Part shown: positions 35,901 through 48,668 of the stretch, in pieces | How positions within the stretch are numbered: the first letter of the stretch is position 1 | How the letters are laid out: each line of letters opens with the position of its first letter | From: Perna viridis | Taxonomy: Eukaryota | NCBI GenBank assembly: GCA_037379345.1 | Contig: CM074515.1 | Coordinates: 5,270,001 to 5,334,000 of the forward strand | Direction of reading: 5' to 3' | DNA: 64,000 nucleotides | Translations under genes and position numbers: made by a program | The notes under the pieces: generated by a model | What the model was told of the DNA's origin: nothing | Databases searched by the model: none | The model's input: only the letters and a program-made list of their open reading frames with translations

Positions 35901-38900
35901 GCTTTCAAGTTGTGACTTTAATTGTCCAAAGAGTTTAAGGTTAAATTAATCTCTGCTGATGTATCAAGCTTCTCTTTGCAAGGCATTTTATTTAAAGAGT
36001 CCAAATATTATAAAGCTTTAGTTGATAATAGATATTATCACATATTTTATTGAAATAAAATTGAATTTGCATATGTAATAAAAAACGTCGTTTTCTGTAT
36101 GTTATCTGCCACTAAGGCAATAACATGTTATCAGATCTCTCATAAGCTTTACTGACGTCACATCTGCACAACTGTTCGAAATGTCATCATGTCAAATGGC
36201 AATGTCACAGTCAATATGATGAAAGTTTGTCAGTTGAAATTAGGGATTTTATTTTTGTGTTCCTGCAGTAGCACAGGATTAAAAATATCAAGCAGTAAGA
36301 ACATTGGAAAATCAGTTGCTGATAAGCAATCGTCTGCGGATTTAATGGAGAGGGGTGCTGCTATTAGCATGGAGAAAACTTGAATGCAACAATAACATAA
36401 AAAATCAACAGAATAGACCACACATTTTATCCACTATTCCTTTATGATTTTTCCTTTCTTTTTAATAAACAATTTATTACTAGTATTAAAATATATGATA
36501 AACAGATTGATACAGGGCCTTTTTAATATTGTCTTTGTTATCATCCCTCAATTGATATTGTCCTTTTTGCTACAAACCTCAGGGCCAATATCAAGATCTT
36601 AAGATGAAAACAAGGGCAATATTAAAAAGGCCATGTATTAATCTAAGTATTCAGTTATATATCAATATATATCAAGCTATAATTCTATTATTGCTGTGGT
36701 AACTGGTTGGCAGACTGCATTATGACTGTGTTTCTTTAGAAGAGTGATTATTTGTTTGTGAAGCTGGTAATCAAGTTTGTTTCAAGGTGAGAAGGTCCAA
36801 AGGTCAAATAAGAATATGTTTTATCAGTTTCATTGAATAAAAGTCTCAAAGAAAAAAAAGATAAAAACAGATCAGATGGTTTCAGATTGGAATTAAAAGG
36901 CTTAAACACAGTTTTTTCCAGAATTAATCAATGAGTTAAATCAGACATTTCATAAAAAAAACAAAAGGATAAAAGGACTTCTGTCAGGTTTGTGAGTGAA
37001 TGGTCTTGTTTTAATAACCCCTGTCATTGTGACCATTCTGGCTTTTGTCAAAACAGGAAGATATTTAGACATGTAGGCATTACTCTTGATATAAAACAGT
37101 ATAATTTACATTTAGCTTCTGGTGAGAAATACACTGTCAGCTGTTTCCACAAGTAAATCTTGGTGAACAAATAAGCACTAACATGAGAAGACATTTGGGG
37201 ATGCACTTTGAACATTCATTCATTTTTTTTTTTTCATTTTCCTTTAAGAACTCATAAGATAAATGTAATTACTAAATCAATCTTTTTCATCAGATTCTTG
37301 GTCCCAGGATGGAGGTTGGGATGGATTGTTGTCCATAACCGTTCTGAAGCTTTCTCTGAGGTAAGTTCAGCTGATTTCTCCATAAGATCCTATTTTTTAT
37401 GTAGATAATGCCTCTGAAGTACTTACTTTTGAACATAGATATTTAAATGCTTTCTATGAAGTACATCATTGCAATACATACCTGTACAGTCTCTGAGATA
37501 TGTCATTACAATACGTACCTGTACAGTCTCTGAGGTACATCATTCAATACATACCTGTACAGTCTCAGAGGTACATCATTTGCAATACATACTTGTACAG
37601 ATGCGTCAGAAGTATCGCATATGATATCAATACCTTACTGTACAGTTTCTGATGTACATCATTGCATTACGTACCTGTACAGTCTCTGAGGTACGTCATT
37701 GCATGACAAATGTACCTACATGTACAGTCTCAGAGGTATGTCATTGCAATACATATCTGTACAGATGATTCTGAAGTACCTCATTGCATTACAATACACA
37801 CCTGTACACTCTCAGGTACACCGTCACATTACACACCTGTACAATCTCTGAGGTACATCATTGCAATACTTACCTGTAAAGTCTTTGAGGTTCATCATTG
37901 CAATACTTACATGTAGAGATGCTTGTTAGGTACCTAATTGCATTACAATACATACCTGTACAGTCTTTGAGGAACATCATTACATGCCTGCACAAAATCT
38001 ATAATGTACAATTTATTTTTATAATGTCCTTATATTTTCTTGTTAAGAATATACTTTTTGAGAAAAAAAACCATTTCTTTCTTTTTCAATTTTTCATACA
38101 ATAATGATTTTTATGAAAATGAAAACTCATATTAGAAATAACCAACATATTAAACCATTACTGTAATGTTAATATGATTATTTTTTGTTACTTTAATCAT
38201 TTTCTTGGGAATAACAAGGTCATTAAACAGGACATTGGAAATATAAGTGAAAGTGGTCCACTGTACTCACATTCTGAAAATTCAGCTCTAGGATGTCTTA
38301 CTTAATTTACAGGTCAAGAAAGGCTTAGTGTCTCTGTCCCAGAGAATATTGGGTCCAAACTCCCTGGTCCAATCAGCCCTAAAGGACATACTGACAAACA
38401 CACCTCAGAGCTTCTTTACAGAGACTCTAGAGTATATAGAGGACAATGCCAAACTATTCTATAAACTGTTGGTGGATATCCCTGGACTTAAACCTATCAA
38501 ACCGCAGGGAGCTATGTATATGATGGTATGTATTTTACAGTTTTTATCCAACAACAAAAAAATTGTGATCATATAATGAGATAGCACTCTCCATAATCAC
38601 ACGTTATTTGTGTGATAACTAGAATACTAGATAAAATTTTAGAACAAGGGAAGATTGGTATTAGGGACTGAAAAGGGCCAAAAACAATAATATAAGTTAA
38701 AATGCATGGGTCTGTTTAATGTTTTCTACCACAAAAGGAAGGCTTTTGATATTTTTTTCGGTTTATTATTTACTTGTTCGTTGTTACAAGGTACCAAAAC
38801 TGTATAACTTATGTGTATGGGTTTAAATGGAGTTACGTCACAAGGATCAATCAAAATTTTGGAGGTTTTTGCCATATACCAAAAGCCAACACATTCTGGT

Positions 38901-40679
38901 TTTCTGGCAATGATTTTATTTAAAGTTCTTGGAACTGTATGAAGTACTAATAGGTTCAATTCTACAGGAAGAATGTATTTGGTAGATTTAAAGGGTATAG
39001 AAATTGAGGGCCAAAAAGGGCTCTGATATTAGCAGTTTCTTCAACTCTATGACCAAATTAGCCATGACTGCTTTAATCATGCTCAGAATTGTATTGAGTA
39101 TCACAAATTAAATAAGAGCTAAATTAAGTTTGAATGTTGTGTCCATATTTATCCAACATTTCAGGGTTTCGGTCTCTTGGGTTATATGAAGCTGTGCTCA
39201 TCTTATCACTTTTGTCCCCCACCACAATGCTGAAAGGAACAAAGAAATACTGTTGTCCATCTGTATGTGCGTCCTTCACACTTGACATTGTGGACACAAC
39301 CCCTTGAGAACTGCTTAACTGATTTTGTTCAAATTTTGTAGGATTGTTAGTCATCATATGTAGTTGATCATATTTTGCTGCTGCCATTTTGATTCTACAA
39401 ATTTTACAGGAATTATGGACTTTTGCAATTCAATTTTTTTCTGGCTGTAGTGGACATGAATTTGTATTTGATTATGTTCTTGCAGTTAATAAATTTATTC
39501 ACTTGCAGAGAAGTGAAGAGTTTGGTGTGTACTTAGTTTAGTTAATTAGATTCATAGATACAAAAAAAGAGATTGTTGTTGTTCATTTCTTAATAAATTT
39601 CAATAATGAGGTAAGCTTATCACTCATTGAAAGTCAAAAACTACATATTGGCTGTAACACATTTTAAACATATTTTCCCACTTCTGATGAAAATGGATTT
39701 TGAATAGTTTAAGTTTTTTTCAAAACAGGTTGGCATTGATATTGAGAAGTTTCCTGGTATAAAGGATGATGTTGATTTTACAGAGAAGATGGTCTCTGAA
39801 CAAAGTGTATTTTGTTTACCTGCAAAGGTAAGTGGACTTAAAGTTAAACAGTTTAAAATAGATATATTCTGAAACTGGTAGAAAATATATGAAAGAGTAA
39901 TCAAGGGAACCAAGGTTATAGCGGTAATCAAAAGAATGTAATCCAGGGACAAAGACCAGACATTGAAAACAGATATACACAACAAAGAACATAAAGTAAC
40001 TAAAATCATACATACAAAGTAACAAAAGTAAATGAGCAACTTGGACTCCACTAAAAACTGAGATTTAATTGAATTTTAGAATAATTATGAAGCAGTCAAT
40101 TAAAACTTTGCATGCTGAAAAAAATAATTGTGATTTGCACAAACACTGTATTAAGAAATAGTGGAACAGTTTAAAAAAGATATATATTTCAAGGTATAAG
40201 GCAGTACAAATTTTCAATAAACCTCTGTTACTGGTACACTCCTTGAAATGTTCACGTTTCCCATTTTAGCGTTCATGCATTGTTTATCATGCTTTACACA
40301 TTTTTTGCGTTCAATTAAAACACACGATAGAAGCGTCTCATTAAAGGCACGATAGGAGCATTTGTTTAAACCCACAATAGAAGCGTTCGTTTATCATGAG
40401 TTCTGTGAGTGTTTAGCGTGCGTTTAGGTATCATGTGTGCGGAAGACCTAAACGTTTCAAGGAGTGAATATATATTTATAAATCAAATGATATATTATAT
40501 AGCTGCAATAATATGTATTCATTTTTTTTTTTATATATTTTCAGTGCTTTCAATATCCAAACTTTTTTCGTACTGTGTTGACAATACCCAAAGAAAAGGT
40601 TGAAACGGCATGTGAAAGAATCAAAGATTTCTGTGTTCAGCATTATCACGATGATAGCCTTTCAGATATATCTCGTTGA
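26783..40679 (+). CDS. TAT: Tyrosine aminotransferase (class I PLP aminotransferase), 10 coding exons, 422 aa
   Basis: Exons join in phase with GT-AG introns (1269 nt). Motifs [36 protein letters not shown]-lysine [30 protein letters not shown]. Confidence 0.96.
28092..28196 (+). CDS. TAT: TAT coding exon 2
   Basis: [35 protein letters not shown]; CAG acceptor, GTAAG donor. Confidence 0.93.
28187..28500 (+). repeat. 22-bp minisatellite built from the exon 2 end plus 5' splice site
   Basis: Unit CCCTCTATAG|GTAAGGTTGTGC, about 14 copies; the first copy is the real donor. Confidence 0.92.
29180..29247 (+). CDS. TAT: TAT coding exon 3
   Basis: [23 protein letters not shown]; phase-consistent. 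Confidence 0.9.
30159..30317 (+). CDS. TAT: TAT coding exon 4
   Basis: [53 protein letters not shown]. Confidence 0.93.
30698..30889 (+). CDS. TAT: TAT coding exon 5
   Basis: PDLSWEIDL...[11 protein letters not shown]...IADEIYEHF. Confidence 0.95.
31820..32220 (-). mobile_element. Older retroelement 3'-end-like repeat (related fragment at ~24620-24850)
   Basis: GTCAAAGAGACGACAACC...GAAGGCCACC resembles GTCAAGGAGACAACC...CCTAAGACGACC at ~24645. Family assignment is tentative. Confidence 0.4.
33480..34015 (+). mobile_element. 5'-truncated HINE-like element with a ~128-bp internal duplication
   Basis: Repeated TTAGAGTTRTTGCCCTTGAAA; 3' hairpin AGGCTTTTGGGAGCCT shared with the 42.5-46.7 kb elements. 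Confidence 0.6.
34519..34601 (+). CDS. TAT: TAT coding exon 6 (PLP lysine)
   Basis: [27 protein letters not shown](R). Confidence 0.93.
36504..36645. mobile_element. Short foldback MITE-like palindrome
   Basis: ATTGATACAGGGCCTTTTTAATATTG pairs with CAATATTAAAAAGGCCATGTATTAAT. Confidence 0.6.
37294..37360 (+). CDS. TAT: TAT coding exon 7
   Basis: [22 protein letters not shown]. Confidence 0.95.
37450..37985 (+). repeat. ~37-bp minisatellite containing an exon-7-end/donor mimic
   Basis: Unit ACCTGTACAGTCTCTGAG|GTACATCATTGCAATACAT, about 13 copies; the real junction is TCTCTGAG|GTAAG. Confidence 0.88.
38313..38525 (+). CDS. TAT: TAT coding exon 8
   Basis: [23 protein letters not shown]...PQGAMYMM. 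Confidence 0.95.
39729..39827 (+). CDS. TAT: TAT coding exon 9
   Basis: [33 protein letters not shown]. Confidence 0.94.
39892..40060 (-). mobile_element. Penelope-like 3'-end fragment in the last TAT intron
   Basis: Near-identical to 46862-47040. Confidence 0.88.
40235..40468. mobile_element. MITE with 18-bp TIRs
   Basis: TACACTCCTTGAAATGTT / AACGTTTCAAGGAGTGAA; internal AGAAGCGT repeats. Confidence 0.7.
40545..40679 (+). CDS. TAT: TAT coding exon 10 (stop TGA)
   Basis: [44 protein letters not shown]. Confidence 0.93.
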   Translation, partial: CFQYPNFFRTVLTIPKEKVETACERIKDFCVQHYHDDSLSDISR

Positions 40680-42557
40680 ACAGACTCTTTGATGGTGATG
40701 TTAAAAGTGATCGACCAATAACATTTCTCATCTTTTAAGCAGCTATGTGTTATATAAATGACCATAAAACGCTTTTATATTCTGGTGCAGCATTGTTTTA
40801 TCGGTATTTTGAGTGTCTGTTTTACACTTTTCTTCTTAGCTAAAACCAGAAAGAAAAACACACAAAAACAAATGTCAGATCCATGTAGCTTGTAGCATAA
40901 TTAAGAAGTAGTCATATTTTTCTGGTTCCACTAATTTGGTGCATTGATGTTAAGATAAAAGTATATAAAGACTGGTCTTTTTAACTTTTTTAAAGAAATT
41001 TTTTAGGCAGTTTGATTATTTGCATGGTATATTCTTACATTATCTTACAGATTAATAGTCATATTGAAGGACCATACATTTCATTGTTAAAACTGCATTT
41101 ATTTACTTAAAATCAGTGTTAACTATTTTATTTTGTAGTTTGTTTGGTTTTTTTTTGTGTTTTTTTTTGTTCTGTTTTATTAAGTACACATCTGAACTTC
41201 ATTCCAATAAGAATTCACCAATGAGGGTCGTTCAGATTTTATTTTAGCCTCTTTCGCCCTTTCTGTGTTGTTTAAATGTTAAATTAGTTAGGTTAGGAAA
41301 AGTGCTGTAGACAATCTATTTAGATCAAAAAGGAATTGTGTTTTGGTGTTTTTAGGAAGGGATCCTCCCTGCCTTCTTCAATATGAATCCAACAATCAGT
41401 CATTACAAATTGTATGTTCTTTTTCTGATTTCTTCGGAAAAAAAATTTGAAAAAAAAAAATTGTTTGGGTGTGTACATGCATTATACTGTGTGTTATTCA
41501 CTCAAAGTACAGCTATTAACTACCAATTCATATGAAATTCAGAAACTGCCCATGGTAAAGTGATTCATGGTATAGAAAACCCATGGATGAGACAATGCTT
41601 TTTTGGTCTACATATGCTATATTTTTATGTGACAATAGTCCTTTCTGTATTTAGATCTGTACTTTTGGAAAACTACACTTTAACTTCCCACTAAAATCAA
41701 TCAAATCAAACCAAATCAAGAACGATAACTCTTGCAAAGTGCTAATTTTATGTACAATGTATATAAATTTTATCTCAAAATCGCAACTCTCAAATGAAAA
41801 ACTATGACTGGTTATGTGATCTATAACAGTTTCTGAACAGAAAATAAAACTGAGTTCAGTGGGTTTTTGACATGCATGAATCACCTAATGTCTGAATTTT
41901 ATAAAGACTGCTTCTTAATACTTTCATGAATCTCATTTGATATATAATGCTAGTATTATAATTTTTCAATGTCCTGATTCAAGGACATTGGAAAATAACT
42001 GCAGACTTATGTAAGATAACAAGTGGTGCAAGTTAGTGAAAAAGTGAAGATTTCCCATCTAAAGCTGGGTTGGTTTCTACCATGTCCTGGTTATACCTAT
42101 GACAGTTTTGTCATGAAATACCCTATTTCATTATTAAATTTTCATGGAATTAGGTTGATTTATATATATTTTTTGGCGTGTAATTTTATAATAATACCAT
42201 TATTTATTCATGTTTCAGTGTTAACTGTATAATATTAATCTCATTATTTAAGGAAATTATCTTGTATGTCTTTTTAATCAGTGTGATGGTTGTTTTATAT
42301 GTAAATTTGATGAAATCCTATAAGTAATTATTTTGGTTGTGAAACTGTTGTTACCATGAAACAAAAATAAAAATCACTTTCAGTTCTAAGAGAACAGAAT
42401 AATAGGTCCATTCCTGATAACCTGTGACATTTGTCATTCAATGAATCCTAGTTGCATTGATGAAAGGATGTCATGATATAATCTAATTTCAGAAGTAACA
42501 TCCATTATGATTGGATAAAAACTTGGTTTACCATGTGATAGACCAACAGTCATAAAC

Positions 42558-44282
42558 TTTTTAGCTCACCTGGCCGAAGACCATGTGAGCTATTGCCATC
42601 AATTGGCGTCTGTTTTCGTTGTCATTGTCGTCATTAACAATTTTTCGAAACTCTTCTCCTCCGACACTACTTGACCAAATAGAACCAAACTTGGTATGAA
42701 TGTTTCGTGAGGTATCAACTTGGTATGAAGGTTCCTTGGGGTACCCTGCATTGAAATGATGTTTTTTTGATCAGTCGAAAAACATGACTGCCGTTACTAA
42801 AAATAGAACATAGTGGTCAGACAGTATTTTTTTTCTGCATATATATCCACAACCATAAGGTTTAGCCAAATTCTTACACAAGCAAATGTGTTCAGCATGA
42901 TGAGGTCTATCTGTGGTCAAAATTTCGTTTTAATCTGTTAAGCCATGTTGGAGTCATTGCCCTTTTTTTGTATTTTTTTTTTGCTGTTTTTAATGTTATT
43001 TCTTTAAAAAATCTTTGAAACTACTGGACTAATCAGAACCAAAATTGGTATGGAGGTTTCCTTAGGGTGTTTTGCATGTGTTCTGATGTAGGGATTTAGT
43101 TTATATCTTTATAACCATAAGGTTTGGTCAATTCTGACAGGGTTGAAGTATTCAGCATGATGAGATCTATCTTTGGTCCAATTTTCATTTTAAACTGTTA
43201 AGCCATATTAGAGTTATTACCCTTTTTTTTTTGTTTTTCCCCTTATTTTTATGTTATGTCTTTCAAAAATCTTCTACCCTGACACTACTTGACCAATCAG
43301 AACCAAATTTGGTATGAATGTTCCTTACTATGTTCTGCATAGAACTGATGTGGGGGCTTATGATCCGTCGAAAAACATGGCCACCATTACAATAAATAGA
43401 ATGTAGGATTCAGACAGAAGTTTTTAGCAAGTATCACCAATATCAATAGGTTTAGCCGATTTTTTCAATTGCTGAAGCCCCGTGCAGGTCAGGGCGTCAA
43501 AAGAATAGGCCTGCAGCAGCGCTAAGCTGTCGTAAAAGGCAACTAAATAGTGCTCAGAAACCTAGCCGGGGCTAGGCGGTCTGCCCACAGACCAACTGGG
43601 ATGTGTGCCCCAGATGGTTAAATGGGGTACCCCTGGCATGTTACATGCTGGTGTTGTCAGGCTATAATACGGAAAACCTGACCGCAAACCATAGTGGTGC
43701 ACCATGTTGGGAAAGATGTCGCGTTCCTCGCATGTTAAAGAACCCTGCTGTGGTCTTCGATAGGAGAAGGAACCCTTACACTCCGCCACAGGAGGCTAAA
43801 TTGCCTGACCTTACCCATCCCTCCTTTTTGCTAGTGGCAATCAAAATTTGTCAACCCTATTATCCTTGTGTCCCATCCCTTTTTTCATTTCATCATTTCA
43901 TGTTCATTTTATCATGTTCATCGTCTGAATATAGCTGAAATATTGCTGCTCGGACGTTAAACAATCAATCAATCAATCAATTGCTGAAATGATCCTCATT
44001 ATAAAGCTTACAAAAGTCTGCATTGGGTCAAAGTTGTCAGATGACTCCTTGTTAGAGTTGTTGCCCTTGAAAGGTGGAAAATGTTTTTAGTAGTTTTGAG
44101 TTAATATCTTCAGAACTATAATAGATAAAAAGTAACTCATTTGATCAAATGATCCTTATGATAAATACTACCAAATTCCTCTTTGAGTCAAATTGTCAGA
44201 CAACTTTTTATTAGAGTTATTGCTCTTGAATGGCAAAAATATTAGCAGGTGAGCAATTCAGGCTCCTGGGAGCGTTTTGTTT
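42558..44282 (+). mobile_element. Helentron-associated non-autonomous element (HINE/pearl-like), interrupted by a SINE
   Basis: 5' T-run plus subTIR GCTCACCTG, short GTC microsatellite, internal ~300-bp repeats, right subTIR CAGGTGAGC and hairpin GGCTCCTGGGAGC before a T-run. Confidence 0.8.
43477..43980 (+). mobile_element. Structured SINE-like retroposon with a Meta-domain-like core and a (CAAT)n tail
   Basis: TSD (TCAA)TTGCTGAA at 43465-43476 and 43977-43988; GCAYGTTAAAGAACC core; homologous to 63516-63993. Confidence 0.88.
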
Positions 44283-45542
44283 TATGATTTACTTGTTAAA
44301 TTTTGATATCAAAATTGAATTATACGGGATGATTGTTTTACTTTTTATGTCTACCCTATCTAAATAACTAATCATGGAGTGCATACTAAATAACCTGCTA
44401 GGCCAGGTGATTGACGTTGTTTCACATAGACATAAAAAAAAATGTAGCTGTCATTCAGTATGTTGGTTTGTTGGGGTTTAACGCCAATATTTCAGCTATA
44501 TTCAGGCGATTGTCATTCCGCAAGTAATTACTAAAATTGTTCATAAATTAGTAATTATATCTGTTATTCCGTTAGTAATTACTAAATTATGAACAATTTT
44601 ACTTGTTAAATAGATATTTACCTGAAAGCTGAGGTATGAGATTGAATCTCACATTCATGATATATGAATCAGCTGTAATTATGTTGATTGTTAAACCTTT
44701 TTGAAATAAAAAAAAAAATTAGCAATGAAATCTAGCCCAATGTGTTACTTTCATTTGTTAATCATATTTTGAATTATTAATGATTGTATGCTAATTTGTC
44801 AATTCAATCATGTCTTTTATTATTATTATTCAATTTGAGTTCAAATAAGTATGATGTTGTTTTGGATAAATACTTGTTTTGACAAAATGAAGTTGTGTTT
44901 GTTATTTGTGTTTGTGTTTGTTTTCTATATTGTTCTGTTTTGTTAAATTTAAATGAAGAATCTGACATTTCAGGATACTAACTACAATAGCCATTTCATT
45001 GAACTTGTACAGATACTTAAACATGACCTTTTTGATAATGCCTTGTAGTCAGCTCGAGATCTTGATGTAGGTGCCAAGGGCTTAAGCCAGGGGGGGACAA
45101 CATCAATCGAGAGCTGATAATCAGAAGACCAATACATGTTCTGACATTAGTGAGGCTCACAAGAGGGTGGGAAACTCTATTATTTTATTGCTTGGGGTCA
45201 GATAATATACAGAAAACAATTACTTAGCATTATGAAACGAGATGCCATACCACTTACGGAAGGCTCTGATTGATTTTGTGGGGTATGACTTTTCAGGAAT
45301 TAGGGGCTAGAAATCGGCACTTTCTTATGTCCAGACAATAACGCGAGAATAAATGAATTTTAAGGTGCCCAGCCAGCGAAATGTGGCTAAGATTAACTTT
45401 GGTTTATGACTTAAATTAAGAATTTGGGGTCAGAAACAAGCATTTCATAATGTCCGTATAATAACGAGTAAAAGTGAAAGATTATGGATTTCTTTGAAAT
45501 TGTACCACATGGTGCCATATTACCAACAAAAAGCAGTGATAG

Positions 45543-46736
45543 TTTTTTTAGCTCACCTGGCCAAAGGCCAGGTGAGCTATTGCCATCATTTGGCATCCGT
45601 CGTCGTTGTCGTCCATCGTCGTCGTTAACAATTACACAGAATTCTTCTCCTCTGAAACTACTTGACTAATTAGAACCAAACTTGGTATGAATGTTTCTTG
45701 GGGTATCCTGCATCGAACTGATGAGGGAATTTTTGATCTGTTGAAAAACATGGCCGCCTTTACTAAAAATAGAACGTAGGGGTCAGACAGTAGTTTTTCA
45801 AATATATCTCCTAAACCGTTAGGTTTCGCCAAATTCTTTGTATAGCTGACTATGACTACAAAAATCTTCAGGGATAAAAGTTGTCAGACCATTCCTTGTA
45901 AGAGTTATTGCCCTATTATAGTTAAATTCTGACATAGGTAAAAGTATTAAGCATGATGATCTCTGGTCAAATTTTGGTTTTAATCCGTTAAGCCATGTTA
46001 GAGTAATTGCCCTTTTTCAACGATTTTTGCTATTTTTAATGTTATTTCTTTAAAAAATCTTGACACTACTTGACCAATTGAAACCAAACTTGGTATGAAT
46101 GTTCCTTGGGGTATCCTGCATAGAACTGATGTTTTTTGGTTTTTTGGGGGGAGTTGTGACTTGCACTGTTTCGAAAATAGGAATAATAAAAGGGACAGAT
46201 CAACAATTTTCTAGATGTTCAAACAATAACCAGTAAGAGTGAATGCCAAAGGCCATGTGAGCTATTGCCATCACTTGGCGTCCGTCATCAACAATTTTTC
46301 AAAACTCTGCTCTTCTGACACTACTAGACTAATTTGAACCAAACTTGATATGAATGTTCCTTGGGATATTCTGCATAGAACTGAGGTGGAGATTTTTCAA
46401 ACTGTTGAAAAACATGGCCGCCATTACTAAAAATAGAACATAGGGGTCAGACAGTAATTTTTCGCATGTATCTCCAAAACCGTTAGGTTTCGCCAAATTC
46501 TTTCTATAGCTGAAATGATCTATATTATTAGGACTACAAAAATCTTCAGGGATAAAAGTTGTCAGACCATTCCTTGTAAGAGTTATTGCCCTTGAAAAGG
46601 AAAAAAATGACATTTTTTTTACAGTTTTCAGCTAATATCTTAAAAACTATGGTAGAAATTCTTCTTAAATTTACTGCCCTTGAAAGACAAAACTAAACCA
46701 GGTGAGCAATTCAGACTCCTGGGAGCCTCTTGTTTT
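45543..46736 (+). mobile_element. Second HINE-like element, with an internal restart near 46245
   Basis: TTTTAGCTCACCTGGCCAAAGGCCAGGTGAGC 5' stem-loop, (CGT)n, right end CAGGTGAGCAATTCAGACTCCTGGGAGCCTCTTGTTTT. Confidence 0.82.
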
Positions 46737-46861
46737 AAATTATTGTAAATATTGTACTGCAAGGTTTCGTATCACAAAAGGAAGGCGTTGATTGTGTTTT
46801 TCGATCTGTGACTTGAACTGTCTAGGTATTAGTGGCCAAAGGTCAAAATCTTATCCTTTGG

Positions 46862-47140
46862 AAGAGTAATCAAGGGAACCAAGGTTGTAGCGGTAATCAA
46901 AAGAATGTAATCCAGGGACAAAGACCAGACATGGAAAACAGACATACACAACAATACACAACAAAGAACATAAAGTAACTAAAATCATACATACAAAGTA
47001 ACAAAAGTAAATGAGCAACTTGGACTCCACTAAAAACTGGGAGCATGGACCAGGTGCACCGGTAGGGTAAGCGTCCTCTGCTTTTCTAGAAACACCCGCC
47101 GAGTTGCTCATAAAAAGTCAAGTCCGGGGTAGACAAACGA
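46862..47140 (-). mobile_element. Penelope-like 3'-end fragment
   Basis: Same 3' UTR; flanked by TGGAA at 46859-46863 and 47141-47145. Confidence 0.9.
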
Positions 47141-48179
47141 TGGAAAAATATAATCGCAATTCAAATTCAGAGCTTTATCAATCTTAAGTTGTGTGTCCGT
47201 ACTTTTCCAAACTGTTCGAAGTTCGACATCTACGGTCATATCAAACTGCTCCCTGCGAAATTTTATGATGATCATAACTATAGCATTTGGCACAGATGTC
47301 TTTTATTTAAGTTGAAAAGTATAGGTGTTTTAATGGTTTGAAAGGTAGATAATTACGATCTCCGGCAGTTGTTGTTGGCGAACTACATTCAATTTGTTTT
47401 AATCACCACTGGGTACCCCAAGATTCTGGCATATTTACTATTTTGCATTTACATGAATGATATCCTTCAGGAACTACACTTCAAAATTATATGCTGATGA
47501 AACATCACTATAATATTGTTGAAAAGCGTTTGGAGACTCTGCAAAAAATGCAATAAGAATGAATCCGAAAAATATTTTGTCAAAACCATGGCTGGCTAAT
47601 TTCAGTAGTAGTAAACTTAAACACTAGCCTATAGAAAATAATTGGGACTCCATCATTCACTGAATGATGTGGATAAAATAATGATTACTGAAGATGGTGA
47701 AACTCATTTAGGATTGGTTATATATTTCGACCTGAAGAGCTTTTCCAGATGAACAATTCGATGTTATTTTAAAGAAAGTGTATCCTATGTTCGATCTTTA
47801 AATATGGGGAAAATATTAAAATAAAATCTTTAAACTTTCGTTTATCAATCCGGTACGATGAATCAGGATGGGGAACCTTGCAGTCTGGCGAAAGAACAGA
47901 ATTATTTTTTCATGAAACTGTCGAATACTTAAGTACGGAGTCTTGACAGGGAGATGCAAAGAAAAAAATAATATTTTAGGCGCATATTTTTTTCTCTGTA
48001 TGTCCATATCAGAGCTCGATACAAAAGTGAGTTGCTTATATACAAATATGGTTTTTAATGTGTGCACTGAAATTTACGGAGTTTAAAATTTAGTGTAATA
48101 CAATTGCAATTCAATGATCTGCTACTAAGTATTATAATCGCCAACACTGACCTTGGTAATTGTGTATTGAAAACATATA

Positions 48180-48460
48180 TTGAAATCAAGGGAAACAGAT
48201 TGATTAGGATGGTAACCAAAAGAACATAATTCATGACTAATGACTAGACGGGGAAAATAGACACATGCAATAACTAAAATAGCATATACAAAGAAACAAA
48301 AGTGAATAAGCAATCTGGACTCAACTAAAAAACTCGGAGCATGGACGTTAGGATGACCACAAGTCGGAAAATAGCTTGCCAGACAACCTCTAGCATTGTT
48401 GGAGTACAGGTGCATCGGTCCTCTGCTTTTATAGAAACACCCGGCAAGTAGCTCATAATA
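48180..48460 (-). mobile_element. Older, diverged Penelope-like 3'-end fragment
   Basis: Degenerate match to the same 3' UTR (CTCTGCTTTTATAGAAACACCCGG...GCTCATAA). Confidence 0.7.
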
Positions 48461-48668
48461 TTGAATGGTCATGATTATTCACCATAAATAAAAGTTCTTA
48501 AGCAATTATGGTCAAAGTTCTGTTCACTTTAGTCTGTGTTGAATTTGGTAGAACACTATGGAGTAATGTGCTTAGACCATCCATTGCCCACGGATGTGGT
48601 ACATGTATATCCTTCTCTCAAGCAGGTCAAGATGCCTTGCCGAGAGGCAATTAATGAATCTTTTAGAA

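Noticed and set aside
43562-43938. ORFs within the SINE (also 63635-63948)
   Set aside because: Lengths and ends differ between copies; the observed changes preserve RNA pairing rather than clearly preserving protein.
46851-47111. Recurrent small ORF MSNSAGVSRKAEDAYPTGAPGPCSQF (also at 18708 and 49018)
   Set aside because: It recurs because it lies in the PLE 3' UTR; indels change its C-terminus between copies.
47150-48120. Possible decayed coding sequence
   Set aside because: No motif I can recognise; frames are short and broken.
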